Source: Clostridia bacterium
Lineage (GTDB): Bacteria; Bacillota; Clostridia; Oscillospirales; CAG-272
Direction: 5' to 3'
Assembly: GCA_017613355.1 (NCBI GenBank)
Contig: JAGAEA010000047.1
Span: 4,393-68,392, forward strand
Length of the DNA stretch: 64,000 nt
Below, piece after piece: positions 49,462 to 59,374 of this stretch (its first letter is position 1; each line of letters opens with the position of its first letter). The position numbers and the translations under genes were made by a program. The notes under the pieces are model-generated. The model ran no database searches. It saw only the letters and a list, made by a program, of their open reading frames with translations, and was not told the DNA's origin.

Positions 49462-50739
49462 TCATGCCTTGCCGTACATTGATCCCGGTAATTTCCGCAC
49501 GATACCGGAAATTTCCAACACGGTGAGCGCCGCGAGGACTTCCCCGAAAGGATATTCCGTTTTAATGGTTTCCACCGTGACCGGAACGTCGTCCGGCATG
49601 GCTTCCAACACCGCTTTTTGAACGGGTGAAAGCGATTGCAGCACCTCGTCCGGAACCGTTTTCGGTGCATCTTCCGCGGTCGGGGACGGAACGATCCTTT
49701 TCGTCGGTGCGGGGCGTTCCGCCTTTTCGGACCGTTCAACCGCAGAGCTCCCGATCGGCTTTTCCCGCTCAAAACCGATCACGCCGTATTTACGGAGCGC
49801 TTCCCTGTCCGCGCCGCCCCGCAACGGTCTGACCCGTTCGGCAAGCGGTCGCTTTTCAAACACATAGCGGTAACGGTCCACAATGTCCTGCGCTTCGATC
49901 GCAACCTTTGCACCGTCGCGCAAAAGGCGATTGTTTCCTTCCGCCGCGGCGGTACCCGCGTCCACGGGGACGGCATAAACCGCTCTCCCCTGTGTGACGG
50001 CTTCCTTCGCCGTGATGAGCGATCCGCTCGACATTCCCGCTTCCACAACGATCACCATTTGCGAAAGCCCGCTGATGATGCGGTTGCGGATGGGAAAATG
50101 ATACTGCATGGGGCGCGTCCCGGGCGGATACTCGGAGAGGATCGCGCCGCCGCTTTCCACAATGCGGTTCATCAGTTTGCCGTGATGTCTCGGATACGCG
50201 ATGTCCAGCCCGCATCCAATGACGGCAACCGTTTTCCCGCCACCTTCCATGGCTCCGACGGCGCAAACCCCGTCGATCCCTTCCGCAAGCCCGCTGATGA
50301 TGAGCGCCTGCGCACCCGCAAGCTCATAGGCGAGCCGATAGCCGCTTTGCATCCCGCTCTCGCTCATTTTTCGCGTTCCCACCATGCCGATACAGAACGT
50401 GTGCGAAAAATCGGGCAATTTTCCCACGTAATACAGCAATACAGGCGGGTCGGGAATCTCCCGCAGGCTCTGCGGGAATTGCTTATCGTTATAGGGGAGA
50501 ACCGAAATGCCCAACCGCTCGCAAGCGTCGAAAATTTTCGTTGCGGCGGTCAGATCTTTGTTCATCAGCCCTTTGACGTTTCTCTCGGTCAGTTCGGGAA
50601 TTGCCCGAATGATCTCCTCATCCGCTTCCAAAAGGTCTTTCGGTCGGGTAAAATGCCCGATCAGTTTGCGGAAAGCTCCGCCCGATCGTCCGATCGCCTC
50701 GGCAAGCCAAATCCAATCTATCCATTCGTCCCGACGCAA
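49462..50739 (-). CDS. dprA: DNA-processing protein DprA (long form with C-terminal extension)
   Basis: GMVGTRKMSESG...SGLAEGIDG...FPIRNRIISGL. TTG start preceded by AAGGGGGAG. Confidence 0.88.
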   Translation of the reverse strand: MRRDEWIDWIWLAEAIGRSGGAFRKLIGHFTRPKDLLEADEEIIRAIPELTERNVKGLMNKDLTAATKIFDACERLGISVLPYNDKQFPQSLREIPDPPVLLYYVGKLPDFSHTFCIGMVGTRKMSESGMQSGYRLAYELAGAQALIISGLAEGIDGVCAVGAMEGGGKTVAVIGCGLDIAYPRHHGKLMNRIVESGGAILSEYPPGTRPMQYHFPIRNRIISGLSQMVIVVEAGMSSGSLITAKEAVTQGRAVYAVPVDAGTAAAEGNNRLLRDGAKVAIEAQDIVDRYRYVFEKRPLAERVRPLRGGADREALRKYGVIGFEREKPIGSSAVERSEKAERPAPTKRIVPSPTAEDAPKTVPDEVLQSLSPVQKAVLEAMPDDVPVTVETIKTEYPFGEVLAALTVLEISGIVRKLPGSMYGKA

Positions 50740-50770
50740 GCGGACTCCCCCTTTTGCCCCACACGGGCGA

Positions 50771-51607
50771 TCATTTCGAAAATTCCCACATCAAAAGCGA
50801 CGCGGCAACCGCCGCATTGAGCGATTCCGTCCGTTCGGTCATGGGAATATAAACGTTTCCGTCACAAACCGAAAGGATCTGTTCCGTCAACCCGTGCCCC
50901 TCGTTTCCGATGACCACGCAGTCTCCTTTTTCGATCCGAAAAGTACCCAATCGAAGCGCGTCGCGATCCAATGCGGCGGCAAACACGCGCCGCCCGCTTT
51001 CCCGCAACTGCCCGATCACCTCGGGCAACCGATCCGTCCGGTCGATCTTTTGCCGGAAGATCGTTCCCATGGAGGCTCTCACTGCCTTCGGATGGTAGAT
51101 ATCCGCGCAATCCGCGCTGACAATCAGGCGATCAACGCCAAACGCCGCCGCCGACCGAATCACCGCGCCGATATTGACCGGATCTCTGACCGCTTCAAGC
51201 AGGACGATTCGCTCGTCCGCGAGCTCCGAAAAATCCGCGTCATTATATATTGTAACATTTTTTTGGAATTTGTCAATATATTTTGCCACACAGATCACGC
51301 CTTCGGGCGATTTTTCTTCCGAAACGCGGTCGAAAACACCGTCGTCGAGACAAACGATTTTCCCCACCCGTTCGGCGAGCGAACGCTCGGTTCGTTCTTC
51401 CAAGGCGGCAACGATCGTTTTCGCTTCACTTTCGCGCAAAAACATTTGCGGGATCTCCGCCCCGCTCGCGATCGCTTCTTCGGCGAGCTTGACCCCATCG
51501 AAACGAAATAACTTTACCGCTTCTCTCGTGCGTCGATCGGTCAGTTTCGCAAGTTCCACCACCGTTCGGTTTTGCCTCGAACGGATCGGTTCGGATGAAA
51601 AAAGCAT
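50771..51607 (-). CDS. TrmH/SpoU-family RNA 2'-O-methyltransferase
   Basis: LEAVRDPVNIGAVIRSAAAFGV...IGNEGHGL...SLNAAVAASLLMWE. The ATG at 51607 follows GGAGGG. Confidence 0.82.
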   Translation of the reverse strand: MLFSSEPIRSRQNRTVVELAKLTDRRTREAVKLFRFDGVKLAEEAIASGAEIPQMFLRESEAKTIVAALEERTERSLAERVGKIVCLDDGVFDRVSEEKSPEGVICVAKYIDKFQKNVTIYNDADFSELADERIVLLEAVRDPVNIGAVIRSAAAFGVDRLIVSADCADIYHPKAVRASMGTIFRQKIDRTDRLPEVIGQLRESGRRVFAAALDRDALRLGTFRIEKGDCVVIGNEGHGLTEQILSVCDGNVYIPMTERTESLNAAVAASLLMWEFSK

Positions 51608-51696
51608 GGTTTTTCCCTCCATTTTTTCTCTCTTTTCCGCCTTTTTCAACGGATTTCGAGGTATTCGGGCGCGTTCGGAAAGCACGCTATCAATGA

Positions 51697-51725
51697 CAAA
51701 AACCCGATGCAACCATCGGGTTTTC
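51697..51725 (-). terminator. rplT terminator
   Basis: aacccgatg / catcgggtt stem flanked by A- and T-runs. Confidence 0.75.
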
Positions 51726-51736
51726 GATTTGTCGGA

Positions 51737-52090
51737 TCAGAGCGCCGCCTTCGCCTGCGCCGCGAGCGTTGCAAATGCTTCTTTATCGGAAATCGCGATT
51801 TCGGAGAGCATCTTGCGGTTCAGATCAATGCCCGCTTTTTTCAGCCCGTGCATGAAGGTCGAGTAGTTCAACCCGTTGACCTTCGCCTGCGCGGAAATTC
51901 TCGTGATCCAGAGACTGCGGAAGTCTCTCTTTCTCATCTTTCTGCCGGCAAACGCGTAGTTGCCGCTCTTCATGACGGCTTCTTTCGCCATCTTGAAGTG
52001 CTTGGACTTGGCACCCCAATATCCCTTCGCCGCTTTCAGCGTTGCTTTTCTTCTTTTGCGCGTCATCAGTGCGCCTTTGATTCTTGCCAT
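51737..52090 (-). CDS. rplT: 50S ribosomal protein L20
   Basis: [15 protein letters not shown]...[21 protein letters not shown]. Confidence 0.95.
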   Translation of the reverse strand: MARIKGALMTRKRRKATLKAAKGYWGAKSKHFKMAKEAVMKSGNYAFAGRKMRKRDFRSLWITRISAQAKVNGLNYSTFMHGLKKAGIDLNRKMLSEIAISDKEAFATLAAQAKAAL

Positions 52091-52112
52091 TTTTCGTTTC
52101 CTCCGTTTCCGA

Positions 52113-52304
52113 TTACTTTACCAAGGATTTGATGTTGCTTGCCATTTTGCCCTGCACCAATGCGCTCGAACGCAAGTGCCGGATCCGTTTGGCGCTCTTA
52201 TTGCCCGTGTTGTGGCGGTGAGAGCTGTGGAACATCTTTACCTTTCCGTTCGAAGAAACGGTAAATCTTTTCGCGGAAGCCTTATGTGTTTTGATCTTTC
52301 CCAT
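52113..52304 (-). CDS. rpmI: 50S ribosomal protein L35
   Basis: [14 protein letters not shown]. The start was trimmed to the ATG at 52304. Confidence 0.9.
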   Translation of the reverse strand: MGKIKTHKASAKRFTVSSNGKVKMFHSSHRHNTGNKSAKRIRHLRSSALVQGKMASNIKSLVK

Positions 52305-52364
52305 TTTGAAAACTCCTTTTTTCTGTTCGGTCAAATATGGTTGCGGTTCGCCGTTCGTGCCGAA

Positions 52365-52889
52365 TTATTTTGCTTTGACGGGCGAAATGACCATGCTCAA
52401 AAATCTGCCGTCCAAAACCGGCTTCTTCTCCACCGTTCCGACTTCGGCGCAAGCGTCCCTGAACTTTTCAAGAACTTCCTGCCCGATGTGCTGGTGGCTC
52501 ATTTCACGTCCTTTGAACTTCATCACCACACGCACCTTGTTTCCTTCCGTGAGAAAGCGGACTGCGTGCCGTGCTTTGGTTTCAAAATCGTGCGTGTCGA
52601 TCCTGCAAGAGAGCTGGATCTCTTTCAGCTCCACCGTTTGCTGTTTCTTGCGTGCCTCCTTCTCCCGCTTGTCGCGGTCGAAGCAGAACTTTCCGTAGTC
52701 CATGATCTTGCACACGGGCGGGTCGGCTTGCGCCGCCATGAGCACAAGATCCATTCCGCGGTCGTAGGCAAGTTCCAGGGCATCCCGGGAGCTCATGATC
52801 CCGAGCGTTTCTCCGGCGGGTCCGATCAAACGGACTTCCTTTGCGGTGATCGCCTCATTGAGCAATGTCTCTTTGTCCTTCGCGCTAAT
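52365..52889 (-). CDS. infC: Translation initiation factor IF-3, with non-canonical ATT start
   Basis: The in-frame extension upstream of the track TTG reads ATT AGC GCG AAG GAC AAA GAG ACA TTG CTC AAT GAG (I-SAKDKETLLNEAITAKEVRLIG). It is bounded by an in-frame TGA two codons upstream of the ATT (TGA ACG ATT). GAGGTG lies 8 nt before the ATT at 52889. Confidence 0.85.
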   Translation of the reverse strand: MSAKDKETLLNEAITAKEVRLIGPAGETLGIMSSRDALELAYDRGMDLVLMAAQADPPVCKIMDYGKFCFDRDKREKEARKKQQTVELKEIQLSCRIDTHDFETKARHAVRFLTEGNKVRVVMKFKGREMSHQHIGQEVLEKFRDACAEVGTVEKKPVLDGRFLSMVISPVKAK

Positions 52890-53030
52890 CGTTCAACACC
52901 TCACAGTACAAAAAATTCCGCACAAAGACATCGTCTCCGCGCGGCACAATCCTTCCCTTCGGGAAAGGTCTGTATCAACCCGTTGCACGCGATTGTGGCG
53001 GGTGAGAGCGGGAGCTCTGCTTTGTTTTCC
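52890..53030 (-). promoter_or_regulatory. L20-leader-type attenuator upstream of infC-rpmI-rplT
   Basis: A ~140-nt leader. The terminator CCGCGCGGAGAC-GAU-GUCUUUGUGCGG plus U6 lies at 52910-52944. An upstream CACAAUC can pair with GAUUGUG abutting the terminator's 5' arm, giving alternative structures. Confidence 0.55.
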
Positions 53031-53035
53031 ATGTT

Positions 53036-53064
53036 ATTTTATCACAACCCGTTCGGTTTGTCAA
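53036..53064 (-). promoter_or_regulatory. infC operon promoter
   Basis: The minus strand reads ttgaca aaccgaacgggttgtga taaaat. Confidence 0.55.
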
Positions 53065-53225
53065 GGGGTTTCGGAAATTTTTTTCGTTTTTTATTTTCCA
53101 GTTTTTGGTACGACAAGAAATGTCTATCGGAAAAAGCGCCAAAAAAGGAGTCGCTTGTCCGCCGAAATTTCTCCGTTACTATGTTTTACACAAAAAAAAG
53201 AGCAAATTTTTGTGACATTCGGATA

Positions 53226-53254
53226 TTTACAAATCGCTCGAAATTTGGTATAAT
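53226..53254 (+). promoter_or_regulatory. Strong promoter (TTTACA-17-TGgTATAAT) for the candidate sRNA
   Basis: tttaca aatcgctcgaaatttgg tataat. Confidence 0.55.
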
Positions 53255-53260
53255 GATTTT

Positions 53261-53382
53261 GCTGTCGGAAACATCCGGCAGGTTCCCTTAACGATTGCAC
53301 ACCGAACGCTACGGATTCTGCGAAATGCCAACCTTATGACATCTCTTGCGCAGAAACGCACCTTATGGTGTGCAATTTTTTT
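53261..53382 (+). ncRNA. Candidate ~120-nt small RNA (unclassified)
   Basis: Bounded by the promoter above and by a 10-bp perfect closing stem, attgcacacc (53294-53303) / ggtgtgcaat (53367-53376), followed by T7. Inner helices at 53262-68/53275-81 and 53316-22/53349-55. No meaningful ORF. Confidence 0.4.
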
Positions 53383-53538
53383 GTTTTTCCGCCCGCGCTC
53401 CGTAATATTCACGGTTTGTTTACGCTTTCGCGGAACTTTTTTCCGAAAACCTATGGAAATTTACGGGAAAGTGTGTTATAATATTGTATAATTATGACTT
53501 GTAAACCGTCAGAGCCTTGAAAGGACCCTATCCCCGAA

Positions 53539-55965
53539 ATGTCATCCTATATTGAAAAAGCAGAACAGATCACGCTCCCCGTCGTCACCCTGCGGGGAAC
53601 AGTCGCTTTCCCGTCCGTCCCGCTCAACATCGAGCTCTCGGACGACGCTTCCGACGCCGCCGTCCGCACGGCAAGCGGTGGCAGTCCTTTTGTGTTTCTC
53701 GTTGCCGCCGCCGAGCAGATCCCGTCGGGGCAGAACGCCGAGGCGGGGCAGCTCTATCGCGTTGGCACCGTGGCGAAAATCAAACAGCTTCTCCGCTCGC
53801 CGGAAGGTACGACCCGCGTCATGTTCGAGGGTTTTGCCCGCGCGGTCGTTTCCGAATACCGGAAAACCGGCAACTATACCGAGGCGGATCTTGTATGCAA
53901 AACGATCTCTCTGCCCGACCACGGCGGGATCCGCGGCGAGGCCTGCATTCACGAATTGCTCGACGCACTCGAAGAAAACCTGCAATTTCTGCCCACCGGC
54001 TCCGAGGACATTCTCAACGCCGCCCGTCTCCATACCAATCCGGGTGCGCTCGCAGATTTCATTGCCGCGAACGTGCTCGTCCGTATGCAGGACAAGCAAA
54101 CCGTTCTCGAATGCTTCGATCCATTTGCGCGCACCGAGGCGCTTTTGCTCATTCTCGGGCAGGAATCCGAGCTGATGGAAGAGGAAGCCTCCATCCGCCG
54201 CCGCGTTTCGGAGCGGATGAACCGCAACCAACGTGAATTTTATCTGCGCGAGCAGATCAAGGTGATCGAAGAAGAGCTCGGAGAAGGCGGCTCGGACGTT
54301 GACGAATACAAAGAACGGATTTCCTCCGCGCATCTCCCGAAAGAAGTGGAAGAAAAGCTTTTGAAAGAGACCGATCGTCTCGACAAAACACCCTACGGAT
54401 CGGCGGAATCCACGGTCATCATCAACTATCTCGACACCTGCCTCGACATTCCGTGGAACAACGCCACGCACGACCGCACGAAAGCGTCTCTCGTTCAGAA
54501 AGTTCTCGACGAGGATCACAACGGGCTTGAAAAGGTGAAAGAGCGCATTGTGGAATACATTGCCGCAAAGCAGATGAGCCCCGAACTCCGCAATCAGATT
54601 CTCTGCCTCGTGGGACCTCCCGGCGTCGGTAAAACCTCGATCGCTTCTTCGATCGCCCGCGCCATGAACCGTAAGTACGTCCGCATTTCGTTGGGCGGCA
54701 TCCGCGATGAAGCCGACATCCGGGGACATCGCAAAACCTATATCGGAGCAATGCCCGGGCGCATCATCACCGCCGTTACGCAAGCAAAAGTGCGTAACCC
54801 CCTGATTTTGCTCGACGAAATCGACAAGCTGACGCGCGACGCGCACGGCGACCCGACCTCGGCGCTTCTCGAAGTGCTCGACAGCGAGCAGAACAAGGTC
54901 TTTCGCGACCACTTCGTAGAGCTTCCCTTCGACCTCTCCGACTGTGTCTTCATCGCCACGGCAAACTCGCTCGACGCCATCCCGCGCCCTTTGCGCGACC
55001 GCATGGAGATCATTGAACTCGGCATTTATTCCCGACGCGAGAAACTCGCGATTGCAAAAGAGCATCTGATCCCGAAGCAGTTGAAGCGCCACGGGCTGAC
55101 GCGCCGTCAACTCAAATTTTCGGACGACGCGATCTATGAGATCATCGACTACTATACGCACGAAGCGGGCGTTCGGAGCCTTGAACGCGCGATCGCCGCG
55201 ATCTGCCGCAAGGTGGACCGTCGGTTGATCGAAAAAGAGAAAACGCGGGTTTCGATGACTGCAAAAGAGATCAATTCTTATTTGGGAGTACGTAAAACAT
55301 TGCCCGACTCGGTGGGCACCGACGATGAGATCGGCGTGGTGAACGGACTTGCCTACACCGAGCTCGGCGGCACCCTTTTGAAAGTGGAAGTTGCCGTTCT
55401 CGACGGAACGGGCAAGATTGAGACCACGGGGTCGCTCGGCGACGTGATGAAAGAATCCGCGCATATCGCCGTGAGCTATGTCCGTTCGATCGCCGCGTCC
55501 TACGGGATCCCGACCGATTTTTACAAAACAAAAGACATTCACATCCACTTCCCCGAGGGCGCCGTTCCGAAGGACGGGCCGTCCGCCGGAGTGACGATGG
55601 TAACGGCATTGGTCAGCGCGCTTTCGGGTCGCGCCGTTCGCCACGACGTTGCCATGACGGGGGAAATCAGTCTGCGCGGTAAAGTCCTGCCCATCGGCGG
55701 GCTGAAAGAAAAAACGATGGCGGCGTACACGGCGGGAGCCAAGACCGTCCTGATCCCGCAGGAGAACGTTCGCGACCTTGAAGAGATCGACGCGCTTGCG
55801 CGGGAAAATCTGCATTTTATCCCCTGCCGCACGGCGGACGAGATACTCTCGAACGCGCTTGTGCCGGACGAGGCGATCTCCCGATATTCCGAACTTGCGG
55901 AAAAAACACCGCCCGCGCCCGTGTTTCTCCCGTCCCATCCTTCCACCACGCAAATCCGCATCTGA
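53539..55965 (+). CDS. lon: ATP-dependent Lon protease (LonA)
   Basis: GPPGVGKTS, the LLDEIDK Walker B, and the catalytic PKDGPSAG(V)T. 808 aa. Confidence 0.95.
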   Translation: MSSYIEKAEQITLPVVTLRGTVAFPSVPLNIELSDDASDAAVRTASGGSPFVFLVAAAEQIPSGQNAEAGQLYRVGTVAKIKQLLRSPEGTTRVMFEGFARAVVSEYRKTGNYTEADLVCKTISLPDHGGIRGEACIHELLDALEENLQFLPTGSEDILNAARLHTNPGALADFIAANVLVRMQDKQTVLECFDPFARTEALLLILGQESELMEEEASIRRRVSERMNRNQREFYLREQIKVIEEELGEGGSDVDEYKERISSAHLPKEVEEKLLKETDRLDKTPYGSAESTVIINYLDTCLDIPWNNATHDRTKASLVQKVLDEDHNGLEKVKERIVEYIAAKQMSPELRNQILCLVGPPGVGKTSIASSIARAMNRKYVRISLGGIRDEADIRGHRKTYIGAMPGRIITAVTQAKVRNPLILLDEIDKLTRDAHGDPTSALLEVLDSEQNKVFRDHFVELPFDLSDCVFIATANSLDAIPRPLRDRMEIIELGIYSRREKLAIAKEHLIPKQLKRHGLTRRQLKFSDDAIYEIIDYYTHEAGVRSLERAIAAICRKVDRRLIEKEKTRVSMTAKEINSYLGVRKTLPDSVGTDDEIGVVNGLAYTELGGTLLKVEVAVLDGTGKIETTGSLGDVMKESAHIAVSYVRSIAASYGIPTDFYKTKDIHIHFPEGAVPKDGPSAGVTMVTALVSALSGRAVRHDVAMTGEISLRGKVLPIGGLKEKTMAAYTAGAKTVLIPQENVRDLEEIDALARENLHFIPCRTADEILSNALVPDEAISRYSELAEKTPPAPVFLPSHPSTTQIRI

Positions 55966-55985
55966 TCCTTTGAAGGGAGGCTTCG

Positions 55986-56594
55986 ATGTCCCTGAACCTC
56001 AATCGCGTGACCCTGCGCATCAGCGCGGGAACGCCAAAGCAATTCCCCGCCGATCCGCTCCCGCAAGTTGCTTTTTCGGGGCGTTCCAACGTCGGCAAAA
56101 GCTCTTTGATCAACCTTTTGCTCGGGCGCAAATCGCTGGCGCGGGTCAGTTCGGCGCCCGGGAAGACCATTACGGTCAATTTCTACGACGTTGACGGTCG
56201 GCTTTTGCTCGTTGACCTGCCGGGCTACGGCTTTGCCAAACGAACCAAGGAAGAACAGGCGCGCTGGTCGGGGTTGACCGACGGGTACTTTACCGCAAAT
56301 CGGAACGCCGACCGCGTCCGTTTGATCGTTCAATTGATCGACAGCCGCGTCGGTCCCACAAAAGACGACGAGATGATGCTCGACTATCTGACGCGGACGG
56401 GAATTCCCTTTCTCGTGGTTGCCACGAAATGCGACAAGCTCAACGCCGCCGAACGTCGGAATGCGGAAACCGTTCTGCGCGATCATCCGCTCATTTCCTC
56501 CGAAGTCCCCGTGATCTTTTCCTCCTCTCAAAACGGTGCGGGAAGATCCGAGATATGGCAGGGGATCGGTCGTTTTACGGGCGTCCGGCTTTGA
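55986..56594 (+). CDS. engB: Ribosome biogenesis GTPase EngB/YsxC
   Basis: GRSNVGKSSLIN, DLPGYG, and TKCDK. Conserved lon-ysxC adjacency. Confidence 0.9.
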   Translation: MSLNLNRVTLRISAGTPKQFPADPLPQVAFSGRSNVGKSSLINLLLGRKSLARVSSAPGKTITVNFYDVDGRLLLVDLPGYGFAKRTKEEQARWSGLTDGYFTANRNADRVRLIVQLIDSRVGPTKDDEMMLDYLTRTGIPFLVVATKCDKLNAAERRNAETVLRDHPLISSEVPVIFSSSQNGAGRSEIWQGIGRFTGVRL

Positions 56595-56643
56595 ATGCGC
56601 GAAAGTTCATGCGGTACATCGCCATCAAAAAAGGAGTTTGCTC

Positions 56644-57369
56644 ATGCTGTTATCCCTGATCGATCAATCGAGCTTTCTGGATTATCTGATCCAGCTCATT
56701 CTGATATTGCCCGTCATGCTTTTCTCGCTCTCGGTGCACGAAACCATGCACGGATTTGTGGCATGGAAGCTCGGTGACCCGACCGCGCGAAATCTCGGTC
56801 GCCTCACGCTCAATCCGAGAAAACACATTGACCCCATCGGTCTCATCGTGCTTCTGCTCGTGGGGATCGGTTGGGCAAAACCCGTTCCCGTGAACGCCCG
56901 CTATTTCAAAAATCCGAAATGGGGATTTGCTCTCGTGGCGTTGGCAGGTCCGCTTTCCAATTTTCTGCTTGGCATCATTAACGCCGCTCTGTATGGCGTT
57001 TTTCGGGCGGTGTATTTGCACGCGGCATACTCATCGTACTCCACCGATGAACAAGGTTTCCGGCTGACGTTGCTCTATTGGCTCGCGGTCTTTTTCCTGC
57101 TCGCGGCGGCGATGAATTTCGTTTACTCGGTGTTCAACATGATCCCCATCCCGCCCTACGACGGATCCCGGATCCTCTTTGCGTTCCTGCCGCAGCGTGC
57201 CTATTTCGCCGTGATGCGATATGAGCGGCAGATCATGCTCGGTTTGCTTCTGGTGTTGGTCGTCATGTCCTATCTGCTTCCCGTTTCCCCGTTCTCGTGG
57301 GTTGCCGGAAAGTTGACTTCTCTGATCGCCAACCCCGTTTCAAACGCGGTTTTTCGCGCGATCTCTTAA
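56644..57369 (+). CDS. Site-2 protease (M50) family membrane metalloprotease
   Basis: HETMHG (the HExxH motif) in TM1, NxxPxxPxDG-like NMIPIPPYDGSR, and multiple TM spans. AAGGAG RBS. Confidence 0.8.
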   Translation: MLLSLIDQSSFLDYLIQLILILPVMLFSLSVHETMHGFVAWKLGDPTARNLGRLTLNPRKHIDPIGLIVLLLVGIGWAKPVPVNARYFKNPKWGFALVALAGPLSNFLLGIINAALYGVFRAVYLHAAYSSYSTDEQGFRLTLLYWLAVFFLLAAAMNFVYSVFNMIPIPPYDGSRILFAFLPQRAYFAVMRYERQIMLGLLLVLVVMSYLLPVSPFSWVAGKLTSLIANPVSNAVFRAIS

Positions 57370-57409
57370 TCATTCCGTTCCTTATTCTGTCATTTCCGAA
57401 GGAGTCCTC

Positions 57410-58555
57410 ATGGAAGCGATCACCTACCGTCTGGATCAATTCGAAGGTCCGCTCGACCTTCTCCTGACCCTGATCCAGAAAAACAAAGTGAATATCGAGG
57501 ATATTCCGATCTCCATGATCTGCGATCAATACCTCGAATATCTGCGGGCGGCGCAGAATATGGACATGGAGATCGCGGGGGAATTTATCGTGATGGCGAG
57601 CGAACTCATGCTCATCAAGAGCCGAATGCTCCTGCCTCGCACCCCCGAGGACGAGGATGACCCGCGCGCCGATCTTGCCGACGCTCTCCGCCGCTACCAG
57701 CAAGCCAAACAGGCGGCTGTCAAAATGGCGGAGCTCTACAAAATATACAGCGGTCGAATGGTGAAGGACACCGACGAGATCACGGTCGACACTTCCTATG
57801 TCGCCGACCAACAGGTCACGAGCCTTTGCCTCGCCGTTCGCCGCATTATTGCGGCAAACGAGAGCCGACCGAAACTCGAAAAAACGATCTTTGCGCCGAT
57901 GATCGCCAAACCCATCATTCCCGTTGACATTAAAATCGTCGGGATCCTGCATCGCATGGAAAAAAAGAAAAAAGGAAACGCAACTTCCATGAAGGAACTG
58001 CTTTCCGACGCAACCTCCCTTTCCGATCTGATCGCGATCTTTCTCGGGATCCTCGAATTGATAAAAGTCCGAAAAATCAAAATCGAGCAGGACGATTTTG
58101 CGGACGACTCGGTTCACGGCGCGGACACGGTATTCGTCATCAACGACGAGCCGCTTCCCGAAGAGGGCATGGAAGAAAAGCGGGTGATCCGCGAGGACGA
58201 CGAACCGATCCCGCTCTCCTCCAAAGCCGAAATGCACCGCGAACAGCGTCGCATCCTGCGCGAGCAAAAACTCGCGGAGCAAAAACACCAACGGGCGGAG
58301 GAACGCGCGCGCCGCGCCGCCGATCGGGAAGCGGGCATTGCGATTCCCTCCGACATTCCCGACGACGACAGCGATCTCGACGCGGAAGAAGCGGTTGCCG
58401 CCATGCTTGAAGACCGTCTTTCCGAACAGGACGAGGATATGCTCGACGACATCGGATTGGATATGAGCGAAATCGTTTCCCACATGGCAAAACAAGCGGC
58501 GACCTTCCCGAAAGAAGCGCCGAACACATCGACAGAAAAGGATCATAACCGATAA
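57410..58555 (+). CDS. scpA: Segregation and condensation protein A, with a ~130-aa charged C-terminal extension
   Basis: FEGPLDLLLTLIQKNKVNIEDIPIS...ELMLIKSRMLLP. The tail is rich in E/D/R. Confidence 0.88.
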   Translation: MEAITYRLDQFEGPLDLLLTLIQKNKVNIEDIPISMICDQYLEYLRAAQNMDMEIAGEFIVMASELMLIKSRMLLPRTPEDEDDPRADLADALRRYQQAKQAAVKMAELYKIYSGRMVKDTDEITVDTSYVADQQVTSLCLAVRRIIAANESRPKLEKTIFAPMIAKPIIPVDIKIVGILHRMEKKKKGNATSMKELLSDATSLSDLIAIFLGILELIKVRKIKIEQDDFADDSVHGADTVFVINDEPLPEEGMEEKRVIREDDEPIPLSSKAEMHREQRRILREQKLAEQKHQRAEERARRAADREAGIAIPSDIPDDDSDLDAEEAVAAMLEDRLSEQDEDMLDDIGLDMSEIVSHMAKQAATFPKEAPNTSTEKDHNR

Positions 58556-59353
58556 ATGGAAGAAAAAAAGCAACAAACCTCCGGCGCACCCGTCCTCGAA
58601 CCGCTCGGCAGTGCGCGCGAAGTGGAACAGGCGATCGAAGCTATCCTTTTTGCGGCGGGTTATCCCGTTCGCTTCGAAAAGCTCTCCGAGGTGCTCGGCG
58701 TCGGAGTGAAAGACATCAAAACCATGGTGCGCGATCTCGAAAAGAAATTTCGTGAGGATGAGACCTGCCACGGCATCCAACTCTTGATTTATCCCGCTTC
58801 CTGTCAGCTCGCCACCAAGGAACAATACGCCCCCTACATCCGGGAAGCGCTCGGCATTCGTCGCGGCGGGAATCTCTCGGCGTCGTCGTTGGAAGTGCTT
58901 GCCGTGGTTGCCTATAACCAACCCGCAACGCGGTCGTTCATCGATCTGGTGCGCGGCGTGGACAGTTCCTATGCCGTCAATTCCCTGCTTGACAAGGGTT
59001 TGATCGAGGCAGCGGGACGTTTGGACGCCCCGGGGCGCCCGATGCTCTATGTCACTACCGAAAAATTCCTTCGCGTGTTCGGCATCAATTCGCTGGACGA
59101 ATTGCCCGCTACCGAGGCATTGAGCGTTGCGGAACAGGCGGAGCAACTCAACATGGACAAGGAAATCAACGCCGACGGCACCGTTTTGAAAAAGCCCGAT
59201 GAAGAAGAGGACGCCGTTGAGCCGAAAGAATACACCGAAGCAACGGATCCCGAAGAAACCGACGTTGTTTTCGAGAACGGCGCCGAACCGCTCTCGGACG
59301 GTTCGGAAGAAATTTTCGCCGGAGACCTCGCTTCTGGTTCCACCGAAGAATAA
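58556..59353 (+). CDS. scpB: Segregation and condensation protein B, with an acidic C-terminal extension
   Basis: AIEAILFAAG...SSLEVLAVVAYNQPATRSFIDLVRGV...GRPMLYVTTEKFL. Confidence 0.88.
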   Translation: MEEKKQQTSGAPVLEPLGSAREVEQAIEAILFAAGYPVRFEKLSEVLGVGVKDIKTMVRDLEKKFREDETCHGIQLLIYPASCQLATKEQYAPYIREALGIRRGGNLSASSLEVLAVVAYNQPATRSFIDLVRGVDSSYAVNSLLDKGLIEAAGRLDAPGRPMLYVTTEKFLRVFGINSLDELPATEALSVAEQAEQLNMDKEINADGTVLKKPDEEEDAVEPKEYTEATDPEETDVVFENGAEPLSDGSEEIFAGDLASGSTEE

Positions 59354-59374
59354 CCGTTTCAAAGGAGATATGCC

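Noticed and set aside
53542-55953. 803-aa minus-strand ORF antisense to lon
   Set aside because: Shadow ORF. Lon on the plus strand is unambiguous (Walker A/B and the catalytic Ser motif).
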